From NCBI GenBank assembly GCA_027066355.1, contig JAMONW010000155.1, forward strand, positions 1-24,447: a DNA stretch of 24,447 bases. Direction: 5' to 3'. The notes beneath the pieces are model-generated. The model was not told where the DNA came from. It saw only the letters and a list, made by a program, of their open reading frames with translations, and did not search any database. The stretch is from Campylobacteraceae bacterium (lineage in GTDB: Bacteria; Campylobacterota; Campylobacteria; Campylobacterales; Sulfurovaceae). Within the stretch, counting starts at the first letter, position 1, and the number at the start of each line of letters is the position of its first letter. Below, in pieces: positions 1 to 8,825 of the stretch. Both the position numbers and the translations under genes were made by a program.

Positions 1-514
1 CGCTACTATCTTCTAGGTATTGTCCTTTTGAATCAAATCTCTTTTTTTGATAAATTCCTTTAAATTCAACTAAGCTTTTTAGGGCATTTAAAATTGTATC
101 TTTAAATTTATATATTCCAATGCTATACCAAGTTATTAGATAGTATCCATTAAAATAATCTATGCTCAAGCCCCCTACTCCATCGCCTTCACCATTAAAT
201 ACTCTAAAAGCATTTGTATCTTTACTTTTATAAAAGTTGGCTCTATAATCTATAGCGCTTTTTATCTTTTGCTTAAAAAAGTTTAAATCTATTTGCTCTT
301 TTTTATTTTGCGTTAAAACCCAGCCATAACCTTTGTTTTGTCTGCCGTAGTAAGCTCTTGCTATAAAGTGATTTTTATTGTCAATTATATCGATAATTGC
401 GCCCTCATCTTTTAGAGTATTAATATTTTCTAAAGACTCTTTTGCAATTAAAGGGTAGCCATTTAAAAACTTCTGTTCATACTTTTTTGTAGCTTTTAAT
501 TTATATCTTTGCAT
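1..514 (-). CDS. Class I SAM-dependent rRNA methyltransferase, RlmI/YwbD-like, N-terminal part (runs off the window's left edge)
   Basis: Not in ORF track. Manual translation from ATG at 514 is open to the edge: MQRYKLKATKKYEQKFLNGYPLIAKESL...ARAYYGRQNKGYGWVL...TNAFRVFNGEGDGVGGLSIDYFNGYYLITWYSIGIY...KGIYQKKRFDSKGQYLEDSS. GYP (PUA domain) and FRxFNGEGDGxGGLxID are RlmI/YwbD-family motifs. An AAGGA SD overlaps the ycaO stop. Confidence 0.88.
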   Translation of the reverse strand, partial: MQRYKLKATKKYEQKFLNGYPLIAKESLENINTLKDEGAIIDIIDNKNHFIARAYYGRQNKGYGWVLTQNKKEQIDLNFFKQKIKSAIDYRANFYKSKDTNAFRVFNGEGDGVGGLSIDYFNGYYLITWYSIGIYKFKDTILNALKSLVEFKGIYQKKRFDSKGQYLEDSS

Positions 515-523
515 CTTTTATCC

Positions 524-2131
524 TTAATAACCTGAGTTCAATGGTATATCATATATTTCTAATATATCTAAATACTCTTGTGCAAATGTTATATCTACTA
601 AATAACTTCTACCCTCTAAAATTTCAATTGCTTTGTTTAAAAGTTCCTCTCCAAAAAGCTCTATTAGTGGCTCTTTATAATCATTAAAATTTAAGTTTTG
701 ATTATTCATTTTGTAGAGTTCAACTAATAAAATATGCAACTTTTTATCACTATACTCTAAAAGCTCCATAGCATCATCTATCTCGCCTAGAAGTAGCAAA
801 AGTTGGGCTTTTAGCTCTCTTATATTAAAGCTATTTTCAAAAATTACTCCAATATACTCTCCTAGATTTATATTTTCATCTAAAAACTCAATTTTTTCAA
901 GTAAATCATTTGGATTTTTAGTTTTAAAATTTAAAACTAAATCTCTTATAAATTTACCTTGATTGCTATTGTTGTAAACTAAATCATCAACGGGATAAAC
1001 TTCACTAAGCCCAGGTATTAGCACTTGGCAAGAGTAGATGTTAAGATAGTTGTAATCTCTTATGTAAATCTCTTTGTCAAGATTGTAAATTAGATTTACA
1101 AGATATTTATGTTCATCATTTATTGAGTTGCCACTATAATTAAATGGAGTATATTTAAAACTCTTTTTACTACTTAACATCTGCATTGCAACTTTGCCAT
1201 TTGAGTCTATAAAGTGGGATTCTAAGTTAAAGCTAGATTTAACATAATCTAAATCGAATGTTGGTATCTCCAAATTTTTAAACTCTTTTGAAGTTCTGCC
1301 TTGAAGTAGCTCTGTTAGGGTTCTCTCTATTGCAACTTCTAGCTTTGGATGTGAACCAAAAGAGTAAAATATGGTTGAGTTTTTTTTGTCAATTAAAGAG
1401 ATTGCAACTACAGGGAATTTACCACCCAAAGAGGCATCTAAAATATCTATTTTGTAGCCTAAATTTTGAAGCTCTTTAATATCGCTAGTTATATTTTTAA
1501 ACTCTTTTATTAATCTATTTGGAATTGTTGGCAAAGAGTAGCCTTGTTTAATTATTGTAAATTTTGTGTAACGCTCTATTATTTCACAAATTGCCTGAAC
1601 TTGTGCCTCTTTTGGGGTGTTTCCAGTTGCTAAACCATTACTAGCGTAAAGATTGTGTAAAATATTTACAGGAAAATATATAGTTTCATTTGTAGCTAAT
1701 TTTTTAAATGGAAGAGCTATAATTTTATCAAAATTGTTGCTATTAAAATCTAGTAACGACTCTTTTGTAAGCTCACCATTTGGATTGTAAAACTCCTTTA
1801 ATTTTGGGTTTAAATAGTTGTCATTAAATTTAAAACTTTTTTGATCTAGTGAGTGTTTTTTATCTTCTAAATATATATCATTAAAAAAATTTTTTGTTTG
1901 AAGCCTCTCTATAAATTCACCCAAAGCACTAGCAGTTGCTGCCTCTTTTGAAGCTCCTTTGCCATTAGAAAAGAGCCTAGTTGGTGAATAAAGGAAGCTT
2001 AAATTAACCCAAAAACTATGCTTTAGTGGATTATAAAAAGAGCTAAATTTATACTCAATATTGCACCTTTTTAAGGCATTTTGCATTAATTTAATTGACT
2101 CACTTAAAGGTTTTGCTTTTGATTGATACAT
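524..2131 (-). CDS. ycaO: YcaO-family ATP-dependent protein, E. coli YcaO-type (stand-alone)
   Basis: Motifs SNGKGASKEAATASALGEFIER, SNGLATGNTPKEAQVQAICEIIERY, LERTLTELLQGR-like (IERTLTELLQGR), NLESHFIDSNG and VLIPGLSEVYP are colinear with E. coli YcaO over most of the length. Confidence 0.88.
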   Translation of the reverse strand: MYQSKAKPLSESIKLMQNALKRCNIEYKFSSFYNPLKHSFWVNLSFLYSPTRLFSNGKGASKEAATASALGEFIERLQTKNFFNDIYLEDKKHSLDQKSFKFNDNYLNPKLKEFYNPNGELTKESLLDFNSNNFDKIIALPFKKLATNETIYFPVNILHNLYASNGLATGNTPKEAQVQAICEIIERYTKFTIIKQGYSLPTIPNRLIKEFKNITSDIKELQNLGYKIDILDASLGGKFPVVAISLIDKKNSTIFYSFGSHPKLEVAIERTLTELLQGRTSKEFKNLEIPTFDLDYVKSSFNLESHFIDSNGKVAMQMLSSKKSFKYTPFNYSGNSINDEHKYLVNLIYNLDKEIYIRDYNYLNIYSCQVLIPGLSEVYPVDDLVYNNSNQGKFIRDLVLNFKTKNPNDLLEKIEFLDENINLGEYIGVIFENSFNIRELKAQLLLLLGEIDDAMELLEYSDKKLHILLVELYKMNNQNLNFNDYKEPLIELFGEELLNKAIEILEGRSYLVDITFAQEYLDILEIYDIPLNSGY

Positions 2132-2150
2132 TAATAATCTTTTTAGTCAA

Positions 2151-2158
2151 ATTATAGC
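2151..2158 (-). promoter_or_regulatory. Putative sigma70 -10 box for ycaO
   Basis: gcTATAAT on the minus strand (hexamer 2151-2156), about 20 nt upstream of the ATG at 2131; fits the Campylobacterota gnTAnAAT consensus. Confidence 0.55.
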
Positions 2159-2165
2159 TACATTG

Positions 2166-2174
2166 TGATAAAAT
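2166..2174 (+). promoter_or_regulatory. Putative extended -10 promoter for the waaC operon
   Basis: TGaTAAAAT at 2166-2174, back-to-back with the ycaO -10; SD AAGGAG follows at 2193-2198. Confidence 0.6.
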
Positions 2175-2203
2175 TTGCCCTAATTGCTAGGGAAGGAGTA
2201 GGT

Positions 2204-3193
2204 TTGAGAGTTGCTATTGTAAAGCTATCGGCTATGGGTGATATAATTCATGCTATGGTTGCACTACAATTTATTAAACAAAGAGTGCCAAATTTGCAAA
2301 TTGATTGGATAGTTGAGAGTGCATTTGCTCCTATTTTAGAGAAAAATCGTGATATTGATAATATCTTAACACTAAATTTAAAAGCTATCAAAAAGAGTAA
2401 AAAAGCAATTTTTGATGAGATAAAGAGAGTAAAGAGTTATGCTAAAAATAGTTACGACTTAGTTATTGATGCCCAAGGGCTTATAAAATCTGCATTGACT
2501 TCAAAATTGCTTGGAAAAAGAGTTGCTGGATTTAGCAAAAGCTCAATTAGAGAGGGAGTGGCTTCATATTTTTATAATTTTAAAGTAGATATTGATTATG
2601 CAGCAAATACAATAGATAGAAATGTTAAAGTCATTGGTGAGCCTTTAGGGGTTAAAATTAATAAAGATGATATTTTAAACAAAGAGCCTTTTTTATTTTT
2701 TGAACCTAGCGCTAAAATAGAGCCTCTTTTAAGTAAAAATAGAAAAAATATAGTTTTTGTAATTGGTTCAACTTGGGAGAGTAGAAATTATCCAAAAGAG
2801 AAGTTTTTAGAGATTGCAAAGGCTCTAAAAGAGAGTATTTTAGTTGTTTGGGGTAATGAAGATGAGCATACAAAAGCTCTTTGGCTAGAGAGTAAAAGCA
2901 GATATATAAAAGCCGTGCCAAAGTTAAACTTAAATGAGTTAAAAGAGTTAATTGCCAAAAGTGATTTAACAATTGGAAATGATACAGGACCAACCCATAT
3001 GGCTTGGGGATTTAATCGCCCAAGTATAACTATTTTTGGACCAACACCAGTTAGCAGAGTCTATATAACAGATATTAACAAAGTTATAAAATCAAGCTCT
3101 AAAGTTAATCCATATAAATTAAATAAGCAAGATTTTTCTATTGGTGAAATTAATCCACAAGATATTGTTAGCATTGCTAAAGAGTTAATATAG
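2204..3193 (+). CDS. waaC: Lipopolysaccharide heptosyltransferase I (GT9)
   Basis: IVKLSAMGDIIH, DLVIDAQGLIKSA, GNDTGPTHMAW and TIFGPT motifs. Start revised from 2165 to TTG 2204 (MRVAIVKLS) because AAGGAG lies 5 nt upstream and the longer ORF begins inside the -10 box. Confidence 0.9.
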   Translation: MRVAIVKLSAMGDIIHAMVALQFIKQRVPNLQIDWIVESAFAPILEKNRDIDNILTLNLKAIKKSKKAIFDEIKRVKSYAKNSYDLVIDAQGLIKSALTSKLLGKRVAGFSKSSIREGVASYFYNFKVDIDYAANTIDRNVKVIGEPLGVKINKDDILNKEPFLFFEPSAKIEPLLSKNRKNIVFVIGSTWESRNYPKEKFLEIAKALKESILVVWGNEDEHTKALWLESKSRYIKAVPKLNLNELKELIAKSDLTIGNDTGPTHMAWGFNRPSITIFGPTPVSRVYITDINKVIKSSSKVNPYKLNKQDFSIGEINPQDIVSIAKELI

Positions 3194-3220
3194 TATAATT
3201 TACTCAAAAAAAGGCTATAT

Positions 3221-4930
3221 TTGGCTACTAAAAAATGGTATGGCTTAAAATTTTTATCTAAATATTTTAAGCAGTATAAAACTACTATTGTTTTTGCTTT
3301 AATCTCTATGGCTGGAGTAGCTATAACCTCAGCACTTACAGCTTATATTATGAAGCCTCTTTTAAATAATTTGTTTATTGAAAAAAATGAACAAATGCTC
3401 TATATGATACCGCTAATTATTATTTCAATTTTTAGTGCCAGAGGAGCTTTTAGATTTTTTAGCGCATATTTAAGTGAAAAAATTGGCGTTGAGATAACTC
3501 AAGATATTAGAGCAAAACTTTATGAAAAGATTTTAAATAGCAAAATGGATGCAATTGAACATAAAAGTTTAAGTGATATTAATACAAGAGTTATTGAAAC
3601 CGTATTAAATTTACATCAAATTATATCAAAAGCTATTCCAAAATATTTAATTGGATTTATGACAATTTTAGCTTTGGTTGCAACTATTTTATACTTGAAT
3701 TGGAGATTATCTCTTTTTGCTATTATTTTTGCAGTTATTGTAATTATACCTGTAAAAGTGCTTGGGAAAAGAGTAAAAAAACATGTTCATAAATCAGAAA
3801 GCTATGTAACAGAGCTTAACGAAAGAATTAATGAAACTTTTAACAACCTTGATATTGTAAAAGTTTACAATCAAGTTGACAATGAGAGAGTAAAATTTAG
3901 CAAATATTTAAAAGAGTATAAAAAAGCTCTACTTAAACTTGTAAAGTATCAAGAGTTAACTTCACCTTTGATGGAGTTTTTTGTATCTCTTTCTGTTGCT
4001 TCTGTTGTTTTTTTTGGTGGATATGAAGTTATTCACAACCGTATGAGTGTTGGTGATTTTTTTGCTTTTTTGACTGCTCTTATGATGCTTTATAGCCCCA
4101 TAAAAACAGTTACAAAATACTCTTTAGTAATTAATATGCTTGATGGCTACATTGATAGAGTTGAAAATATCTTAAATTTAGAGCAAGAGGATAATACAAA
4201 AGAGAGATTAAGTAGTGAAATTGAAGAGATAGAGTTTATAAACTGTTCTCTTAAAATAAAAGATAAAAAGATTTTAAATAACTTAAATTTTTCTATCAAA
4301 AGGGGAGAAACTATTGCAATAGTTGGAAAAACTGGTGCTGGTAAAAGCTCTATTTTAACTCTTTTATTTGGCTTTAAAGAACCAACAAGTGGTGATATTT
4401 TAATCAATAAAAAGAGTATTAAAGATATAAATTTACTATCTTTAAGAGAACAGATATCTTATGTAAATCAAGCTAGTGGAATTTTTAATATTAGCATAAA
4501 AGATAATATAATTTATGGTTTAGATTATGATGAACATAGATATAAAAGAGCTATTGAGTTGGCTCATTGTGAATTTATAGGCTCTTTTAAAGAGAGAGAT
4601 AACTTTATTGTTGGAGAAGGTGGCAAATTTTTATCTGGAGGGCAAAGGCAACGTATTGCACTAGCTCGTGCATTATATAAAGATGCACCACTATTTATTT
4701 TAGATGAAGCAACGAGTGCGCTTGATGCAAATACTGAAAGCTTAATTCAAGATAGCTTAGCTACAATTATGAAGCAAAAAACCACATTAATAATAGCACA
4801 TAGATTGCAAACTATAAAACAAGCAGATATTGTTATTGTTTTAAGTGAAGGAAAAATTGTTGCAAGTGGTGGATATGATGAAGTTAGCAAAACTAAAGAG
4901 TTTAAAAAGAATTTTGCACTAAAGGGTTAA
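3221..4930 (+). CDS. ABC exporter, fused TMD+NBD, MsbA-like lipid/glycolipid flippase
   Basis: N-terminal hydrophobic helices; Walker A GKTGAGKS; signature LSGGQRQRIALARA; Walker B/D-loop ILDEATSALD; H-loop IAHRL; located in an LPS operon. Confidence 0.85.
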   Translation: MATKKWYGLKFLSKYFKQYKTTIVFALISMAGVAITSALTAYIMKPLLNNLFIEKNEQMLYMIPLIIISIFSARGAFRFFSAYLSEKIGVEITQDIRAKLYEKILNSKMDAIEHKSLSDINTRVIETVLNLHQIISKAIPKYLIGFMTILALVATILYLNWRLSLFAIIFAVIVIIPVKVLGKRVKKHVHKSESYVTELNERINETFNNLDIVKVYNQVDNERVKFSKYLKEYKKALLKLVKYQELTSPLMEFFVSLSVASVVFFGGYEVIHNRMSVGDFFAFLTALMMLYSPIKTVTKYSLVINMLDGYIDRVENILNLEQEDNTKERLSSEIEEIEFINCSLKIKDKKILNNLNFSIKRGETIAIVGKTGAGKSSILTLLFGFKEPTSGDILINKKSIKDINLLSLREQISYVNQASGIFNISIKDNIIYGLDYDEHRYKRAIELAHCEFIGSFKERDNFIVGEGGKFLSGGQRQRIALARALYKDAPLFILDEATSALDANTESLIQDSLATIMKQKTTLIIAHRLQTIKQADIVIVLSEGKIVASGGYDEVSKTKEFKKNFALKG

Positions 4931-4936
4931 AAGAGA

Positions 4937-5833
4937 ATGCATTTAATAATTGAACCACCAACTTGGCTAGGCGATGCAACAATGGCAAGTGGTGCAATAA
5001 AAAAGCTAATTAATGAACTAAAACCTAGCAAAGTTACACTCTTTGGAAGCATTACTTCAACTGCTCTCTTTCCAGAATATGAAGCAATTATAGATAAGCG
5101 AAATAATCGCTTAAAAAATTTTTTTAAAATGCCTAAAGCTGATATGTTTGTAAGCTTTAGAAGAAGTTTTTACTCTAAATTATTGCGTTTAAAAATTGGT
5201 GGTTACACTTTGGTTAAAAGTGGTAATGGACATTTATCAAAACAGTATAATGAGTATGTAGATAGTATTTTAAAGAAAGAGTTAGCTGAAGTTAAGCCTA
5301 CTTTGCCTTTTGAAGCAAAAATTTACAAAAAACCAACAGTTGGCATAAATCCTGGAGCTGCATTTGGAGCTGCCAAAAGATGGTATCCACAAGAGTTTGC
5401 AAAGGTTGCAAATAGTTTAAATGCCAATATTATTATCTTTGGAGGACCTGGTGAAGAGCTTATGGCAAAAGAGATAGAAGATAATTTAGATAATAGTGTA
5501 GAGTATGTTAATTTATGTGGAAAATTAAGCATTAAAGAGCTTTGCGAATATTTAGGAGGATTAGATTTATTAGTAACTAACGATAGTGGTCCTATGCATA
5601 TAGCAGCAAGTTATGGAGTAAAAGTTGTTGCTGTAATTGGACCAACAAGTTATAAGCATACATACCCATATAATACAGAGTATAAAATAGTTACAAAAAA
5701 TTTATATTGCGCACCTTGCCAAAAGAGAGTTTGCCCAATTAAAACTCATGAGTGCATGAAAGAGATAAAAGCAAAAGATGTTTTAAATGCAATTGAAGAG
5801 TTAGAACCAAAATTACTAAAGAAGGAAGTGTAG
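4937..5833 (+). CDS. waaF: Lipopolysaccharide heptosyltransferase II (GT9)
   Basis: PTWLGDATMA, GINPGAAFGAAKRW, TNDSGPMHIAA and C-terminal CAPCQKRVCPIKTHEC; colinear with Campylobacter-type WaaF. Confidence 0.88.
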   Translation: MHLIIEPPTWLGDATMASGAIKKLINELKPSKVTLFGSITSTALFPEYEAIIDKRNNRLKNFFKMPKADMFVSFRRSFYSKLLRLKIGGYTLVKSGNGHLSKQYNEYVDSILKKELAEVKPTLPFEAKIYKKPTVGINPGAAFGAAKRWYPQEFAKVANSLNANIIIFGGPGEELMAKEIEDNLDNSVEYVNLCGKLSIKELCEYLGGLDLLVTNDSGPMHIAASYGVKVVAVIGPTSYKHTYPYNTEYKIVTKNLYCAPCQKRVCPIKTHECMKEIKAKDVLNAIEELEPKLLKKEV

Positions 5834-7035
5834 TGTCGCCTAAAATAGATAATGCAAGAAAGATACTTTTGGGATTATATATATTTAGTATCCCTATTTC
5901 TGCTGCAATTAATAATATTCTATTTGGTTTTGTAATTCTATTTTGGATAATTTGGGGTGATAAAAAAGAGACACTTAAACTACTTAAAAATCCTTTAGTA
6001 GTTGCATTTTATACGCTTTTTGCAATATTTACTATAAGTATGCTTTGGAGTGATGATTTAAAGCAGGGATTGCTTATGCTAAAAAAGGAGATGTTTTATT
6101 TAGTTTTGCCAATTTTTATGAGTTTGGTAAAAAAAGAGGAGATAGATTTTTATCTAAAAAGTTTTTTAGCTGCAATGTTTATATCAGAACTCTCTTCATA
6201 TTTAATTTTCTTTAAAATTGTGCCTCCATTTTTACATGCAACACAATATGACCCAGTGCCATTTATGGGAGCAACAGGGCATATATCTTATAATCCAATG
6301 TTAGTTCTTTCTATATTTTTGCTTCTATATTTTTTCTTTAGAAAAGATAATAGCAGTTTATGGTTTAAGATAATATCAGCTATATTTATTTTAACAATGA
6401 CTATCAATTTATTTATAACAGGTGGAAGAGCTGGGCAAGTTGCGTTTTTCTTTGTTGCAATAGTTGCATTTATGCAGTTTTTTAAAGCCAATTTTAAAAC
6501 ATTTTTTATATCAATATTTGCAATAATAGCAATATTTTTTATAGCTTACAATAGTAGCACAATTTTTCATAATAGAGTTAATTTAGCAATACATGATGTT
6601 AAAACATTTAAACAAAATCCAAATACAAGTGTAGGTATGCGTCTTGCTAATTGGGAAAACTCTTTAAGACTTATAAAAAAACACCCTCTAACTGGTGCTG
6701 GTATTGGAGATTATAAAAAGGATTTAACTTACTATTTTAAAAAATATACGCCAAAGGCAGCTATATTACCTCAACCTCATAATATGTATCTTTTTGCTTG
6801 GGTTCATAGTGGTTTATTTGCACTTTTAGCACTACTATCTATTTTTGCTATAGAATTTAAAGGATATAGAGTTTTAAATGATGAATATAAGCCAATTAGA
6901 CTTATTTTACCAACTCTATTTTTAATAATTATGTTTAGTGAGTCTTATCTATCTGTGCATTTTACCAAAATATTATTTTTGATTTTTAGTGCTTTTTTAT
7001 TTAAAGAGTTAAATTTTAAAAAGCTAAAGGGTTAA
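5833..7035 (+). CDS. waaL: O-antigen ligase family (Wzy_C/WaaL) membrane protein
   Basis: About 10-12 hydrophobic segments; TGGRAG motif; large loop with SVGMRL-W, GAGIGD and PHNMY; GTG start overlaps the waaF TAG by 1 nt. Confidence 0.75.
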   Translation: MSPKIDNARKILLGLYIFSIPISAAINNILFGFVILFWIIWGDKKETLKLLKNPLVVAFYTLFAIFTISMLWSDDLKQGLLMLKKEMFYLVLPIFMSLVKKEEIDFYLKSFLAAMFISELSSYLIFFKIVPPFLHATQYDPVPFMGATGHISYNPMLVLSIFLLLYFFFRKDNSSLWFKIISAIFILTMTINLFITGGRAGQVAFFFVAIVAFMQFFKANFKTFFISIFAIIAIFFIAYNSSTIFHNRVNLAIHDVKTFKQNPNTSVGMRLANWENSLRLIKKHPLTGAGIGDYKKDLTYYFKKYTPKAAILPQPHNMYLFAWVHSGLFALLALLSIFAIEFKGYRVLNDEYKPIRLILPTLFLIIMFSESYLSVHFTKILFLIFSAFLFKELNFKKLKG

Positions 7036-7038
7036 TAT

Positions 7039-7779
7039 TTGAACTATTGTGAATATGATTCAAACTATAAAGAGTTAGCTCTAAATATTGAAAATTTTTT
7101 TAGCAACTCTAAAAACTTACTATTTCAGGGTAGAAATAGCATTAAAATAGTAGAGTTTAATAGAAAAAAAGTTGCTATAAAATATTTTAAAATTCCAAAT
7201 TTTATAAATAAAATTGCTTATAGATTTTTTAGAGATTCAAAGGCAAAACGCTCATATAAAAATGCTAAAAAATTAATATATTTAGGTATAAATACACCAA
7301 AGCCTATTGCTTATGTAGAAAAACCAAAAGCTCTTTTTTTTGATAAAAGTTACTATATTTGTGAATTTTTTGATTACGATTTTGAGATAAGAGATGTTTT
7401 AAAAAGCTCTAATTTTAAAGATAGAGAAACTATTTTAAAAGAGTTTGTTAAATTTAGCTATAATTTACACAATTTAGGTGTTTATCATATAGATTACTCT
7501 CCAGGAAATGTTTTGATAAAAAGAGATAATAACTCTTATATCTTCTCAATTGTAGATGTAAATAGAATGAAATTTATAGATTTTAGCAATAGTTTACGTT
7601 TTAAAAATTTATCAAGATTCTCTACTTCAATAGAAGATTTAGAGTTTATAGCCAAAGAGTATGCAAAAATTTCTAGCATAGATGAGAATTTTGCTATTTT
7701 AGAGCTTAGAAAATATCACAATAAACATCAAGATTATCTTAAGAGAAAACAACTATTAAGAAAGTTAAAGGGTAAATAG
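7039..7779 (+). CDS. Lipopolysaccharide/Kdo kinase family (WaaP/KdkA/InaA-like) protein
   Basis: Kinase motifs VAIKYF (catalytic Lys), HIDYSPGNVL (HxDxxxxN) and VDVNR (DFG-equivalent); TTG start. Confidence 0.82.
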   Translation: MNYCEYDSNYKELALNIENFFSNSKNLLFQGRNSIKIVEFNRKKVAIKYFKIPNFINKIAYRFFRDSKAKRSYKNAKKLIYLGINTPKPIAYVEKPKALFFDKSYYICEFFDYDFEIRDVLKSSNFKDRETILKEFVKFSYNLHNLGVYHIDYSPGNVLIKRDNNSYIFSIVDVNRMKFIDFSNSLRFKNLSRFSTSIEDLEFIAKEYAKISSIDENFAILELRKYHNKHQDYLKRKQLLRKLKGK

Positions 7780-8825
7780 TGAAAGAACCATTTATTTGGG
7801 ATAACTACTCTGACCAACCATACCCTATAAAAGATAAAAAATATAAAAATTCACTTAGAGTAAAAAATCTATTTAACTATTTAAAAAACTTTATAACTAC
7901 ACTTTTACTCTTACCATTTATTATTATAGTAATGCCATTTACAAAGGCTAAAAAACTTCCAAATAAAAATTTTTATGGAATGGGAGTAGATATATCAAAA
8001 GGAGCTATTCAAAAAGAGTTAATTAATGAGCTTGGTATTAAAAATTTGTTAATTAGAGTTCCCTTATGGCATATTGATAGAGTAGATGAGTATATAGAGT
8101 TTGCAAAAAGTTTTGGCAGTGATAAAAATATTTTAATCAATATTTTACAAGATAGAGAGCATATAGAAGATTTAAAACTCTTAGAAAAAGATATAAATAT
8201 AATTTTTAATAAATTTCAAAATATAACTAATGAATTTCAAGTTGCAAATGCAATTAATAGAACAAAATGGGGCTTTTTTTCAGTTGATGAGTATTTAAAA
8301 TATTATGAAACTATACAAATTTTAAGAGATACTTGCTATCCAAATATTAAGTTAATAGGTTCTAGTGTAATAGATTTTGAACCACATATTACAATTAGAA
8401 CGCTATATAATTTATTTAAAGTTAGGTATGATATATTCTCTACACTACTTTATGTAGATAGAAGAGGAGCTCCAACAAATAAGCAAATGTTAATTTTTGA
8501 TACCAAAAGGAAGATTGATTTAATTTATACTATGGTTAAATTATCACCCAAAAGTAATAATTCAATATATATAACAGAGGTAAATTGGCCACTTAGTAAT
8601 ACTGCTCCTTATGCACCAACATCTGAAACAGAGTGTGTAAATCAAAAGAGTTATACAAAATATATGTTAGAGTTTTACAATATTGCAAAAGAAAGCAATA
8701 AAATCGATAGAGTATATTGGCACCAATTAATAGCACCTGGATATGGCTTGGTTGATAATAGAGATGGAATTAAAAAGAGAGAAGCATTTTATGAGTATAA
8801 AAGGATGATAAATGAAAATAATTAA
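7779..8825 (+). CDS. Membrane-anchored glycoside-hydrolase clan A-like (beta/alpha)8 protein lacking the canonical acid/base Glu
   Basis: Hydrophobic segment at about residues 36-53; strand pattern GMGVD / LLIRVPLW / ILINILQ / FQVANAIN / KLIGSS / DIFSTLLY / IYITEVNWP / RVYWHQL, then GYGLVD..KREAF; GTG start overlaps the kinase TAG. Confidence 0.65.
   Translation: MKEPFIWDNYSDQPYPIKDKKYKNSLRVKNLFNYLKNFITTLLLLPFIIIVMPFTKAKKLPNKNFYGMGVDISKGAIQKELINELGIKNLLIRVPLWHIDRVDEYIEFAKSFGSDKNILINILQDREHIEDLKLLEKDINIIFNKFQNITNEFQVANAINRTKWGFFSVDEYLKYYETIQILRDTCYPNIKLIGSSVIDFEPHITIRTLYNLFKVRYDIFSTLLYVDRRGAPTNKQMLIFDTKRKIDLIYTMVKLSPKSNNSIYITEVNWPLSNTAPYAPTSETECVNQKSYTKYMLEFYNIAKESNKIDRVYWHQLIAPGYGLVDNRDGIKKREAFYEYKRMINENN

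Noticed and set aside
524-2131. YcaO as a RiPP (azole/thioamide) biosynthetic cluster
   Set aside because: No precursor peptide, TfuA, E1/ThiF partner, dehydrogenase, protease or exporter adjacent; sequence follows the stand-alone E. coli type.
2165-2203. 13-codon N-terminal extension of WaaC from the track's GTG
   Set aside because: That GTG sits inside the predicted -10 box; a strong SD precedes TTG 2204, which gives the typical GT9 N-terminus.
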